Assembly (NCBI GenBank): GCA_037144355.1 | Contig: JBAWWY010000007.1 | Coordinates: 1,083-65,082 of the forward strand | Source: Eubacteriales bacterium | Lineage (GTDB): Bacteria; Bacillota; Clostridia; Peptostreptococcales; Anaerovoracaceae | Direction of reading: 5' to 3' | Length of the DNA: 64,000 bases | Shown here: piece by piece, positions 35,920 through 45,077 of the stretch | Layout of the letters: every line of letters begins with the position of its first letter | Position numbering within the stretch: the stretch's first letter is position 1 | Made by a program: the position numbers and the translations under genes | The notes under the pieces: model-generated | Database searches by the model: none | What the model was told of the DNA's origin: nothing | Seen by the model: the letters and a program-made list of their open reading frames with translations, nothing else

Positions 35920-36201
35920 CTATTGCCCAGTCTTGTCCAATTTTGCTTCAAGCCTTTTGATTTCATCTTCAAGCTGTTTAACTTTCGACTTGCTTGATAG
36001 CGATGGGTCTTCTTTCCACCAATCAATACCTATTTCTTGAGCCTTGTCGACTGAAGCGATAATAAGCCTTATCTTAATTTGAAGCAATTCTACTTCACCA
36101 ACAGATATCTTAATATCTCCGGCAATTACTATGCCTTTATCTAGTATTCTTTCGAGAAGATCCGCTAAAGTATCCCCGGATGTTGATCTTTGAACAGTCA
36201 T
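35920..36201 (-). CDS. gvpJ: Gas vesicle protein, GvpA/J/M family (GvpJ-like)
   Basis: [43 protein letters not shown] is the GvpA-family core, with a longer C-terminal tail. Confidence 0.8.
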   Translation of the reverse strand: MTVQRSTSGDTLADLLERILDKGIVIAGDIKISVGEVELLQIKIRLIIASVDKAQEIGIDWWKEDPSLSSKSKVKQLEDEIKRLEAKLDKTGQ

Positions 36202-36245
36202 AATAATCCTCTTTTCTTACGAGCAAAACCTTTTTTTAATCTTAT

Positions 36246-36581
36246 TTAAAGCAACTTTCCAAGCGGACCGAGATCTATATTCAAATCCGATTCCTTGAGG
36301 TTGAATATTGCCCTCAACTCGGTCATTTTTTCTTCAAGCTTGATAAATGTCTCTCCCATTCTCTCTGTTTCTTCATCTGAAACAGTTCCATTTTCAATTC
36401 TTCTCATTGCTTGATTTTCCATAAGTTTTCTTAATAACTCAATAACAGTCAAAACTAGTTTTGCCAATCCTTGCTCAACGTTTTCTGGATCAAGTCCAAG
36501 ATTATTGCATTTTTCTGGTTTGTTGTCGCTCATTTCCCTGCCAAATAATTCTATATTATTGTCTCCATCCAAATATTCCAT
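36246..36581 (-). CDS. gvpK: Gas vesicle protein K
   Basis: GLAKLVLTVIELLRKLMENQAMRR is the GvpK hallmark. Confidence 0.8.
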   Translation of the reverse strand: MEYLDGDNNIELFGREMSDNKPEKCNNLGLDPENVEQGLAKLVLTVIELLRKLMENQAMRRIENGTVSDEETERMGETFIKLEEKMTELRAIFNLKESDLNIDLGPLGKLL

Positions 36582-36601
36582 TTGTAATCACCCCTTCAAT
36601 A

Positions 36602-37309
36602 TCAGATAGTCAAATTGCAAAAGTTGTAAGGCGGCCAAGGACCAGTAAGAATGAACTTATAAATGCTATTTTCATCCGCTGCCTTCTTATATGCCAAATT
36701 AAAATCAGAAAGGTCTTCCCTTTTAACAAGATAAACTCCATTAAAAAACATATTATCTGTTTTCAGCAAGGTTAATTTACCGGCCGAAGCACAAGCTAAA
36801 AGTTGTTTATGTATTACTTCTGATTCTTTTTCTGCTAAACTCTTGATACCTTCTTCAATTTTATATTCTTTCATTTTCTGATTCAGATAGCTTGCCACTT
36901 TTTCACTTTTGCTTTCCAATTCCTGGATAGTCATGCTGCTTATTAAATTTCCCCTAATTGTTTCATAATCCCACATTACCCTGACTCCGACTTCAACTTT
37001 GCCCGTTAGGTTGCCAATAACTCTTTTCAGTAATTTATACTTTTCTCCCAACATGGTTTTTGCAGTTTTTAAGTCCATGCAAGTTCCAAATCTAAATGGC
37101 AGTATCGTAGCATTATCTTCCAGCAAATTGTCAAGCACGGCCTCATGCGTCATGAAATTATTTTCTGAATATTTAAGTTCTTTGTCAATAACGCTGTATA
37201 TCATGTTCAAATCTTTGAATTTAAACACTAGCACCTTTGCCTTATCCATTCCTAAAACATCTTCGTCAATTGGCTTATCTGAAATGCAATACATATAAAG
37301 TTTTTCCAT
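36602..37309 (-). CDS. Gas vesicle protein GvpF/GvpL family (copy 3)
   Basis: LYMYCIS...VLPFRFGT...GPWPPYNF are the family hallmarks. Start is ATG 37309 or GTG 37318. Confidence 0.8.
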   Translation of the reverse strand: MEKLYMYCISDKPIDEDVLGMDKAKVLVFKFKDLNMIYSVIDKELKYSENNFMTHEAVLDNLLEDNATILPFRFGTCMDLKTAKTMLGEKYKLLKRVIGNLTGKVEVGVRVMWDYETIRGNLISSMTIQELESKSEKVASYLNQKMKEYKIEEGIKSLAEKESEVIHKQLLACASAGKLTLLKTDNMFFNGVYLVKREDLSDFNLAYKKAADENSIYKFILTGPWPPYNFCNLTI

Positions 37310-37331
37310 AATTATCACCCTGCTGAATTAT

Positions 37332-37547
37332 TTATAGAAGCAACCCTGAAACATCCTTCTTTTCTGGCTCTACTCTTAATAGTCTGTCAACCGATGTTAT
37401 TATAACCTGCAGTCCAACATATATAAGGTTCACATCTGCAATGGAGATAATCAAATCTCCTTTTATTACAATGCCTTTATCGAGGATCCTGTCAAGGACT
37501 TCAAATAATGTTACTTCCTTTGATCTTAAAGCGAAATTGTCATCCAT
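37332..37547 (-). CDS. Gas vesicle protein, small GvpA/J/S-family member
   Basis: [41 protein letters not shown]. Confidence 0.8.
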   Translation of the reverse strand: MDDNFALRSKEVTLFEVLDRILDKGIVIKGDLIISIADVNLIYVGLQVIITSVDRLLRVEPEKKDVSGLLL

Positions 37548-37622
37548 GAAAATCCTCCTACAGACTCCCTTGGTTTATACCCAAGCATTATTTTGATCCA
37601 GTCCTTTTTTTCTTTTCTATTT

Positions 37623-38411
37623 TTATATTAATTCAATAAAATTGTATATCGGCCATGGTCTGCTTTCTTGGAGGAAGTACCCGCTTTCTCCATATTTGTC
37701 GTTGATTTTTTCAATTTCGTCTTTCAAATCCTGAAATTTTATTTTATTCGCTAAAACAACCGCGTTCACGATAAGTTCCACTGAATCAACATCCTCTTCA
37801 TTTATTTCCTTTGTAATAATATTTTCGGACAAGGCTTCAATTCTTTCAAATATCTTCTTCGCATCGCGATTCACGCTATCTTGTATTTGTGATTCGATAG
37901 TGTCTTCCAGCTTTTTTGACAACAAATACGCAATCCCTTTTGGTTTTGCAGTAATTTCCTCAATCTTCTTTTTAACATCCGAAGATTCCAATATTGAACT
38001 TTTCATTTTGTCTTTGTCCAGAAATACTTTGATACTGAACTCGAAATTATTGTCGGCAACTTCCAAGTTTTTAACAATTTTCCCATAATGAGTTTTGAGA
38101 AATTCAGCAACGTTTCTTTCATTTTCGTATATGGTTAGGAACCTCATCGGTAAAACTGAATAATTCTCCATTATCTCTTCAATAATATTTTCATGAGCCA
38201 TTGCCCTTTCTTCAACCCATTCCAAATTATCCAAATGCTTGTTCACTGCATCGCTTTGGAACTCTTGTGAATCGACAAGACTTGATACGGCTTGTATATC
38301 CTTGTAATGAAGTATTTCAACTCGATTTATTCCAGATATAGCCGTTGTTACTGTAATCAATTCATTGTCTGTGATCCCTTTAGTAATGCAGTAAATATAT
38401 ATCAAAGACAT
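37623..38411 (-). CDS. Gas vesicle protein GvpF/GvpL family (copy 2)
   Basis: MSLIYIYCIT...VLPMRF...RPWPIYNF. Start set after RBS gaggggga. Confidence 0.8.
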   Translation of the reverse strand: MSLIYIYCITKGITDNELITVTTAISGINRVEILHYKDIQAVSSLVDSQEFQSDAVNKHLDNLEWVEERAMAHENIIEEIMENYSVLPMRFLTIYENERNVAEFLKTHYGKIVKNLEVADNNFEFSIKVFLDKDKMKSSILESSDVKKKIEEITAKPKGIAYLLSKKLEDTIESQIQDSVNRDAKKIFERIEALSENIITKEINEEDVDSVELIVNAVVLANKIKFQDLKDEIEKINDKYGESGYFLQESRPWPIYNFIELI

Positions 38412-38415
38412 AGTA

Positions 38416-38613
38416 TCAATCCCCCTCTCCCTGATTTTCGGCAAGCAAGTCTAGTAACTCGCCTTCTCTTTCCTCATATTCTTCCTCTGTAATCTCCCCA
38501 AGGTTCAACCTTTGCTCAAGTTCAGCTAATTGTTTTTTTATTGAGGCTGGCCCATATAATTCCTTATCAACTTCATCTTTTATTATCTCTGCCAATTTTA
38601 TTAAAAGCGACAT
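38416..38613 (-). CDS. gvpG: Gas vesicle protein G
   Basis: 65 aa: LIKLAEIIKDEVDKELYGP..LAELEQRLNLGEITEEEYEEREGELL is the typical GvpG pattern. Confidence 0.75.
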   Translation of the reverse strand: MSLLIKLAEIIKDEVDKELYGPASIKKQLAELEQRLNLGEITEEEYEEREGELLDLLAENQGEGD

Positions 38614-38640
38614 TCTTGATCTCCTTATTTATCCTGATAT

Positions 38641-39378
38641 TTATTGAATATTAACAAAACTATATGGAGGAAAAGGTCCTGTACATTTGAAATTCAATTT
38701 ATTTTCATACTTGGCGTCGAGTTCGATTATTAATTTGTCGAAAGCCTCTTCCATATCCTTTCCAATCAGAAATGAGGCGTTTAACACCATTTCATTAGAT
38801 AAATTCTCATTGGCGATGGATTCGTCGGCGAATGCCGAAAGCCTATCAAATATATCATCTTTGTAATTAAGGGAAATCGCGTTCAATTCTCTTTCGATCA
38901 TTTTTCCCACTTCAATAATCAAATTAAGATTCCCGGTTACAATTGTTTTTTCTCTTTTTAATTGTTCAATCACTTGGTTGGAATCTGCGATGGAACTCAA
39001 TACTTCTTCCACATTTGCATGGGATACCTTAACTCCCATTTCAAATTTATTGCTTACCTTGTCAAGCAGGTTCTTAAAACTCATGTACTTTGACTCGAGC
39101 ATTTTAACAACACCTTTTTCATTATCAGCCACAATCCCGAATCTGAATGGCAGAACTGGATATTTTTCCATAACCTTTTCAATTGTCCCTTGGTGGACAA
39201 GATTGTTTTTTCGAGTTGGCCTATATTGCTTAATTTCAGCATTGGAAACCACCGCGGAAATATCCTTGTATTTTATTGTGAAGATTTCCTCATCCTCATT
39301 TTCAATTCCGCCCCTTCCAAATGATGAAACTTCAGGTGCGTTTGTTATGCAATATAGATATAATCCCATTTGCGCCAT
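38641..39378 (-). CDS. Gas vesicle protein GvpF/GvpL family (copy 1)
   Basis: LYLYCIT...VLPFRFG...GPFPPYSF. Confidence 0.8.
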   Translation of the reverse strand: MAQMGLYLYCITNAPEVSSFGRGGIENEDEEIFTIKYKDISAVVSNAEIKQYRPTRKNNLVHQGTIEKVMEKYPVLPFRFGIVADNEKGVVKMLESKYMSFKNLLDKVSNKFEMGVKVSHANVEEVLSSIADSNQVIEQLKREKTIVTGNLNLIIEVGKMIERELNAISLNYKDDIFDRLSAFADESIANENLSNEMVLNASFLIGKDMEEAFDKLIIELDAKYENKLNFKCTGPFPPYSFVNIQ

Positions 39379-39416
39379 TTTGCATCCTTTCTATTGTTAA
39401 ATTCCATGCTGTTCTT

Positions 39417-41540
39417 TTACTTAATCATATAACCTAAATCTTCAATTGCGGTAAAAAAATCTTCCTCCCTGACAATGAAATCCGATATGTCTTCATATTG
39501 AATCTCCTTATGTTCTGCTATATATCTTTTTATAGCCGACATTGCGGCTTTCTTGCAAATATTTTCAATATTGGCCCCTGTAATATTATTTATCTGCTTT
39601 AATATCAATTCAAAATGCATACCGACCTCAACCGGCATCTTGCCTGCGTGAATTCGGAAAATTTCAAGCGCATCTTCAAAACATGGTTCTAATATATTAT
39701 AAATTATATCAAATCTTCCTGATCTCAATAACGCCGGATCTAATATGTCCACCCTATTGGTAGCAGCTAGAATCATAATTCCATCTCTTTTTTCAATGCC
39801 ATCAATTTCCACAAGAAGCTGGCTTAAAACCCTTTCCGAAACCCCTGAATCTCCACCTCCTGAGCCTCTTTTTGGTGCAAGCGAGTCAATCTCGTCAAAG
39901 AATATTATGCAAGGCGACGCAAGTCTTGCCTTTTTAAATACTTCCCTTACTCCTTTCTCACTCTCACCAATCCACTTTGATAATAATTCTGGTCCTTTTA
40001 TATAAATGAAATTTATGCCAGTTTCATTTGCAAGTGCTTTAGCAATCAATGTTTTCCCAGTTCCTGGAGGACCAGACAAAAGGACACCCCTTCCTGGTCT
40101 TACCCCTGTGGCTTCAAATAATTTTGGGTAAAGCAGTGGTAGTCTAATTTCGTTTTCCAGATCGCTTTTAATTTTCTTAAATCCTCCAACATCTTTCCAT
40201 GTAACTTTAGGAACATCCATGAACACCTCTCTCAGTGCTGAAGGTTCGATTTGGTTTACAGCATACATGAAGTTGGCCATATTGACCTTGAGCTGCATAA
40301 TAACGTCGTAAGGAATAGCCCTCAAATTGAAATCAATATCCGGCAGTACTTTCGCCAAAGCATTCATAGCTGCCTCCCTGCATAGATTAGCAATGTCCGC
40401 GCCCACAAAACCATGGGTAATCTCTGCAATCTTCTCAAGGTCCACATCATCATCAAGAGGTATCGACCTTGAATGAACATTTAGTATTTCCAATCTTCCG
40501 TTCTTGTCTGGAACACCAATATAGATTTCCCTGTCAAAACGACCTGGCCTTCTAAGCGCGGTATCTAAAAGCTCCGGCATATTCGTTGCACCAATTACAA
40601 CAATCTGCCCTCGCTTCTCCAACCCATCCATCAGTGTCAGAAGTTGTGTAACAACCCTTTTTTCCACATCTCCCTGAACATCGCCTCGTTTTGGTGCTAT
40701 GGCATCAATTTCATCAATAAAAACAATCGAAGGCGCATTTTTCTTAGCTTCGTCAAAAACCTTTCTTAGGTTTGCCTCGCTTTCCCCATAGAATTTTTGT
40801 ATTATTTCCGGCCCATTTATGCTAACAAAATGTGTTGATGCTTCATTTGCAATTGCTCTTGCAATTAATGTCTTTCCCGATCCTGGAGGTCCATATAGCA
40901 AAACTCCCCTCGGTGGTTCTATCCCTAATTTAACAAACAAGTCAGGATACTTGAGTGGAAGTTCAATCATTTCACGAATTTTTCCAATTTGCTTTTTTAA
41001 TCCGCCGATATCTTCATAAGTTATTTTTCTTTCTGATATCCTTGCATTGCCAGCTTTTAAAAAGAATGCAGTATCCTTGCCAACAACCACAATATCTGAA
41101 GGTTCGGTTTTTTTGACTAGGAAGTCTTCATTGATAAAACCAAACACATTGACTTTAATTACATCTCCTTCGCTTATTGGTTGGCCTTCCATTGCTTTTG
41201 CAAGATATTTTGTGAAATTGCTGTTTTCGTCAATACTTCTTGATGGTTCAATTACAATTTGTTTTGCTTGTATCGCAATTAGTTTCTCAACCTGGACTTT
41301 ATCGTTAATGGCGACACCGGCATTACCCCTTGTGGTGCCATCGATTTCTATGATATTTTTGCCCCTCTCATCAATAAAAGAAGGCATAGCTTTAACAGCC
41401 GTGCGCTTCTTTCCAATAATCTTTATTAGGCTGCCCGTCTCAATCCCAAGTTCGCTGAAAAACAGCGGGTCAATTCTTGCGATTCCTCTTCCTGCATCCT
41501 TGCTTGAACATTCAGATACGCTGAGAAAAATATCGTCCAT
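39417..41540 (-). CDS. CDC48/VAT-type AAA+ ATPase (N-domain + D1 + D2) embedded in the gas-vesicle cluster
   Basis: 707 aa. CDC48-N-like GRGIARIDP...GSLIKIIGKKRTAV, two Walker A motifs (GPPGSGKT, GPPGTGKT), two Walker B motifs (IVFIDEID, IIFFDEID), and SRH regions (ALRRPGRFD, ALLRSGRFD). Confidence 0.85.
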   Translation of the reverse strand: MDDIFLSVSECSSKDAGRGIARIDPLFFSELGIETGSLIKIIGKKRTAVKAMPSFIDERGKNIIEIDGTTRGNAGVAINDKVQVEKLIAIQAKQIVIEPSRSIDENSNFTKYLAKAMEGQPISEGDVIKVNVFGFINEDFLVKKTEPSDIVVVGKDTAFFLKAGNARISERKITYEDIGGLKKQIGKIREMIELPLKYPDLFVKLGIEPPRGVLLYGPPGSGKTLIARAIANEASTHFVSINGPEIIQKFYGESEANLRKVFDEAKKNAPSIVFIDEIDAIAPKRGDVQGDVEKRVVTQLLTLMDGLEKRGQIVVIGATNMPELLDTALRRPGRFDREIYIGVPDKNGRLEILNVHSRSIPLDDDVDLEKIAEITHGFVGADIANLCREAAMNALAKVLPDIDFNLRAIPYDVIMQLKVNMANFMYAVNQIEPSALREVFMDVPKVTWKDVGGFKKIKSDLENEIRLPLLYPKLFEATGVRPGRGVLLSGPPGTGKTLIAKALANETGINFIYIKGPELLSKWIGESEKGVREVFKKARLASPCIIFFDEIDSLAPKRGSGGGDSGVSERVLSQLLVEIDGIEKRDGIMILAATNRVDILDPALLRSGRFDIIYNILEPCFEDALEIFRIHAGKMPVEVGMHFELILKQINNITGANIENICKKAAMSAIKRYIAEHKEIQYEDISDFIVREEDFFTAIEDLGYMIK

Positions 41541-41552
41541 TTGAAATACTCC

Positions 41553-42092
41553 CTATTTAATTAGTTTCTTTAAACTCAATTCAAGCATTCCATTTACATA
41601 ACTTTTTTTGATTGGCTCCTGTTCTACTTCGCTCTTGAACAACAGTTCCTTTTCATATTCCCTAGTAGTCGATTTTGCTGAAATCTGAACAATATCTCCA
41701 TTGATAATGACTTTTATATCATCTTCCGAAACCCCTGGGATTTCTGCTATTACAGTGTAAGTTGCCCCTTCATCCATAATATCCACAATTGGCTCCCGAG
41801 TAGAATCAATAAAAACCTCCCCGTCCTTTTCATCTTTTTTAATCTTGTTTCCAAATTCTTCTATGGATGTGCTGCCATCCAGTGTCCTGACAGTAAATCC
41901 ATAGATACCTTTAACTTTTCCTCCCGTTTCGCTCAAAGTCCCTTCTCTTTTTATTTCGCCTCCGCTCAAATCAGAAACAGTGTTCATGATATCCTTCAAA
42001 CCACCAAACAATTTTCCCAAACCAAAATCAATGTTTATATTTATATCACCCTTCTCATCAATTTTTATATTTCCTTTTTTTTTATCATCCAT
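41553..42092 (-). CDS. Hsp20/alpha-crystallin-family small heat-shock protein (gas-vesicle-cluster associated)
   Basis: C-terminal ACD: YTVIAEIPGVSEDDIKVIINGDIVQISAKS...YVNGMLELSLKK. Confidence 0.7.
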   Translation of the reverse strand: MDDKKKGNIKIDEKGDININIDFGLGKLFGGLKDIMNTVSDLSGGEIKREGTLSETGGKVKGIYGFTVRTLDGSTSIEEFGNKIKKDEKDGEVFIDSTREPIVDIMDEGATYTVIAEIPGVSEDDIKVIINGDIVQISAKSTTREYEKELLFKSEVEQEPIKKSYVNGMLELSLKKLIK

Positions 42093-42118
42093 AACTATTA
42101 TTCACCTGCCAATATGCT

Positions 42119-42451
42119 TTAATATTCTACTTCAATAATTTTAATTTTATTGTATGGGTTGTTCTCATTCAGTTTTCCAGGTTGATAATACCCAGTGCCA
42201 ACCTGTACATCTCTTCGCCTTTGAGATATATATGCTTCCATGTCATCGATTTCACTTTCAACTCTGTTTAATTCGTATTTAGCTGCATTAGCCTTAGTTT
42301 CACAAGTCGTTATAATATTTTGCAGCATGTTTTTTCTTGAATGAAGTACCTGCAAGTCGAAATAGATAGACCCTTCTTTCTTTGGAATGCTGCTGAGTGG
42401 CCTACTGGATACTTGGGTCTTACAGAAACTGCCTCTATTTTTAATTATCAT
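42119..42451 (-). CDS. Hypothetical protein within the gas-vesicle cluster
   Basis: 110 aa with a good RBS (aagaaggga). Predicted helical middle section. No family recognised. Confidence 0.4.
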   Translation of the reverse strand: MIIKNRGSFCKTQVSSRPLSSIPKKEGSIYFDLQVLHSRKNMLQNIITTCETKANAAKYELNRVESEIDDMEAYISQRRRDVQVGTGYYQPGKLNENNPYNKIKIIEVEY

Positions 42452-42531
42452 GTTTAAATCCCTTCTTTACAAAATCTAAAATTTTCGTCATTCAACCTGA
42501 CAATTTACTAATGATGCAATTATATTCATGC

Positions 42532-43494
42532 TCAACAATGCTTGTTGATGAGTTCATCAACTACCTGTTTGCTAATATTCTTAGAATCGTTTTCCATTGC
42601 CAAATTGTTAATCTTGGAGCATAACATGTCATAAGCCACTTTACGGAAAAATGCATCCTTCTTTGATGCGTGACAATTGTTTTCCTTCAATATCTTCCCC
42701 ATCATAACTCCAACCCTTAGGGATGGAATCGATGAATATGATCCATTATTCCTAAAATCCCTTATCAAGTTTACAATTTTGTCTGCATCCTCATAAGCGA
42801 TATTTGCTCTTCCCCTTACAATTTCCCTTTCTGTCTCGGCATCCATATATCCCATATTGATTGTTATCATCCTGTCAAGAAGGGCATCCTGGATTTTATG
42901 AACTCCAGCATATTCTTCCGAATTGCTGGTGAAAATAGCCTTAAAATTCGGATGAACTTTTACATATCTTTCGGAGCTCATCGAATCGCTTGTTTCCAAC
43001 ATTCTTTCTTCGAATATATTTAGTAGAATATTATTCGTTTCTGGCCTTGAACGATTAAATTCATCATATATAAGAGTAAAACCGTTTCTGCATGCAATAG
43101 TAAGCTGGTTGTCAACCCACTTCTTTTGATAGTCATCAACGGTTTTCAATACGGAGTGTATGTAATTGTCAACAAGTTTCTCTCTTCTATATCCGGCCTC
43201 CGAACCAACGAGGTCAGAAGGAAGATATTCATCATTGCCATGAATGATTGTTACCGGGACATTGAAGCAAGAGGCTACGTGCATGGCAAGGGTTGTCTTG
43301 CCTGTACCGGCAGGTCCCCTTAGATGAACAGGATATCCGGCATTCAGATATCTGGTGACTCTCATGGTCAGCTCTTTTATATATGGTGTAATAACATACG
43401 AATCTTGCTTCTTCAGCCTTATCGCAACCGGTTCGTATGGATTTTCCGACCTTTCAATAATATCGATTTGCTCAATTTGACGGATTTGCTCCAT
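42532..43494 (-). CDS. gvpN: Gas vesicle protein N (MoxR/CbbQ-like AAA+ ATPase)
   Basis: YPVHLRGPAGTGKTTLAMHVA (Walker A) and LIYDEFNR (Walker B). The size and position after the gvpO-like gene fit gvpN. Confidence 0.8.
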   Translation of the reverse strand: MEQIRQIEQIDIIERSENPYEPVAIRLKKQDSYVITPYIKELTMRVTRYLNAGYPVHLRGPAGTGKTTLAMHVASCFNVPVTIIHGNDEYLPSDLVGSEAGYRREKLVDNYIHSVLKTVDDYQKKWVDNQLTIACRNGFTLIYDEFNRSRPETNNILLNIFEERMLETSDSMSSERYVKVHPNFKAIFTSNSEEYAGVHKIQDALLDRMITINMGYMDAETEREIVRGRANIAYEDADKIVNLIRDFRNNGSYSSIPSLRVGVMMGKILKENNCHASKKDAFFRKVAYDMLCSKINNLAMENDSKNISKQVVDELINKHC

Positions 43495-43520
43495 TCTCAA
43501 CACCTCCCCGCTTTTTACTC

Positions 43521-43793
43521 CTACGCTGAAGGTTCAATTGGTCCAATGTCGGTCCTCTCTCGCAAATGCATTCGCTTGAAGCCCATAACCATTCCATTGT
43601 CGTCCAATTCCACTTCATAAAGACCAACTAGGTCGGTCTTTGCAAATTTCCTAACATACTCGGATTCCTCAATAATTTCAAAATGGGAAACCCACTTATT
43701 TTCTTTCTTTACAAGTTCAATTATCTTACCGGTTTGGCTGAAATTACCGGAAATAAATTCGAGCACCTTATCCCTGATCTGGATAAATTCCAT
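43521..43793 (-). CDS. gvpO: GvpO-like gas vesicle protein
   Basis: 90 aa: ...WVSHFEIIEESEYVRKFAKTDLVGLYEVELDDNGMVMGFKRMHLRER. This resembles the GvpO/GvpR C-terminal pattern (Y-x-V-x-L-D..G-x-V-x-G-(F/Y)-x-R). Start set at MEFIQ, which follows gaggggg. Confidence 0.55.
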   Translation of the reverse strand: MEFIQIRDKVLEFISGNFSQTGKIIELVKKENKWVSHFEIIEESEYVRKFAKTDLVGLYEVELDDNGMVMGFKRMHLRERTDIGPIEPSA

Positions 43794-43820
43794 AAAAAAA
43801 CCCCCTCGCTCCAATTACTG

Positions 43821-44123
43821 TCAATCTGTCTTTTTTTCCGGCATATAACTTCTGATAACCTGGTAAAACATGCCGATTTCATTTAATATGTTCGATCTGG
43901 CTGATGGGTTTGTTGTTTCTGATAATGAGTTGAATCTTTTCAACACTTCATCAATGTAATCCCCCAAGGCTTGAAGCTGCTTATTTGCTTCAATGTCCTG
44001 GCTATTGGATATCATAATGTCAATTTTTTCTTTCAAATTGGGAAGAGCCTGGATTATCTCTTCATAGACTCTTTCCATTTCATCATTTCTTCTATCGATA
44101 TCATCATTCATATCCTGCGACAT
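43821..44123 (-). CDS. Hypothetical acidic helical protein within the gas-vesicle cluster
   Basis: 100 aa. No family recognised. Confidence 0.4.
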   Translation of the reverse strand: MSQDMNDDIDRRNDEMERVYEEIIQALPNLKEKIDIMISNSQDIEANKQLQALGDYIDEVLKRFNSLSETTNPSARSNILNEIGMFYQVIRSYMPEKKTD

Positions 44124-44163
44124 CGTAATCTTCCTCTCTTAGTTACAAACGGTTAACTTATAA

Positions 44164-44643
44164 TTAGCTCGGCTTGGTTTTTCTTTTAACAGTGTTCCAT
44201 TCTTTTCTCGCACCAGACATATCCTTGTGAAAACCACCTAACATTCCGCCGACATTATCTCTCAAATCATTTGCAAAAGCATTAAGTGATGTTCTTGTAT
44301 CATCGCCCATGTTTTTTCTTGCTTCATTGAAATCTGCAATCATTCCACTTACATCGGTTTTCAACTTGTTCAGTTCTAAAACTCTAATTCTTGTATCTTC
44401 TATACTGTTTCTTATTCTTTGCTTTCGATAATCATTAATCATATTGCTGACCTCTGACTTTAGTTTTTTAAGTTCGGCCATTCTATGCTTGGTATCATCC
44501 AAATTCATCTTTGTTCTATGTTTGCGAAAATTATTCATCATATTTACATTAGTCTTTTTTAAAGAACGAATGTATCCCTGCCTTTTATCATAATTGCTAT
44601 CTATATCCATTCTCAATGATCTCATCGCACTGGTTAAACTCAT
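44164..44643 (-). CDS. Repeat protein made of 33-residue units, directly downstream of gvpA (candidate GvpC-like gas-vesicle shell-stiffening protein)
   Basis: 159 aa from MSLTS, after RBS ggaaggaggt. Consecutive 33-aa units: NMMNNFRKHRTKMNLDDTKHRMAELKKLKSEVS / NMINDYRKQRIRNSIEDTRIRVLELNKLKTDVS / GMIADFNEARKNMGDDTRTSLNAFANDLRDNVG, then a partial unit GMLGGFHKDM... Units 2 and 3 match at 16 of 33 positions. Confidence 0.6.
   Translation of the reverse strand: MSLTSAMRSLRMDIDSNYDKRQGYIRSLKKTNVNMMNNFRKHRTKMNLDDTKHRMAELKKLKSEVSNMINDYRKQRIRNSIEDTRIRVLELNKLKTDVSGMIADFNEARKNMGDDTRTSLNAFANDLRDNVGGMLGGFHKDMSGARKEWNTVKRKTKPS
44248..44643 (-). repeat. Four tandem 99-nt (33-codon) coding repeats
   Basis: Period seen in the translation: aa 1-33, 34-66, 67-99, 100-132. 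The repeats are degenerate at the DNA level. Confidence 0.6.
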
Positions 44644-44677
44644 GATGTCTACCTCCTTCCAATATTCATTTAACATT

Positions 44678-44701
44678 GTGGGAGAGACTAGTCTCTCCCA
44701 C
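44678..44701 (-). other. Perfect 24-nt palindrome (RNA hairpin) in the gvpA-downstream intergenic region
   Basis: GTGGGAGAGACTAGTCTCTCCCAC. No U-run follows on the coding (minus) strand. Confidence 0.7.
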
Positions 44702-44819
44702 TTTGGCTAGCACAATCGTACTTGGAAAATCTATAAAATCTGCTTTAAAGCATTTTCTTTATCCTTAATGCCTACTATTGAATACCCAAGTATTAATAGT
44801 TTTGCTATATCTTGGGAAA

Positions 44820-45041
44820 TTAAGCGGCATGTGGTTGTGCAGCTGTTGCGGTAAGTCCAACTGCCTCTGCATATTTCAAATATGTTTCAACAGATGCGAT
44901 TACCAACCTTAATTCAATTGCTATTAGCTCGATCCCTACCAACGAAACCCTGGCCCACAAATCAACAACAATACCTTTGTCCAAAATTCTGTCGATAACT
45001 TCAGCGAGACTAGATGATGAGTTTGTTTTTTCTACTGCCAT
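44820..45041 (-). CDS. gvpA: Major gas vesicle structural protein GvpA
   Basis: 73 aa: [63 protein letters not shown]. This is near-canonical GvpA. RBS is gggaggtg. Confidence 0.95.
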   Translation of the reverse strand: MAVEKTNSSSSLAEVIDRILDKGIVVDLWARVSLVGIELIAIELRLVIASVETYLKYAEAVGLTATAAQPHAA

Positions 45042-45077
45042 TTCTGACACCTCCCTTCTCAAATATTTGCCCTAATT

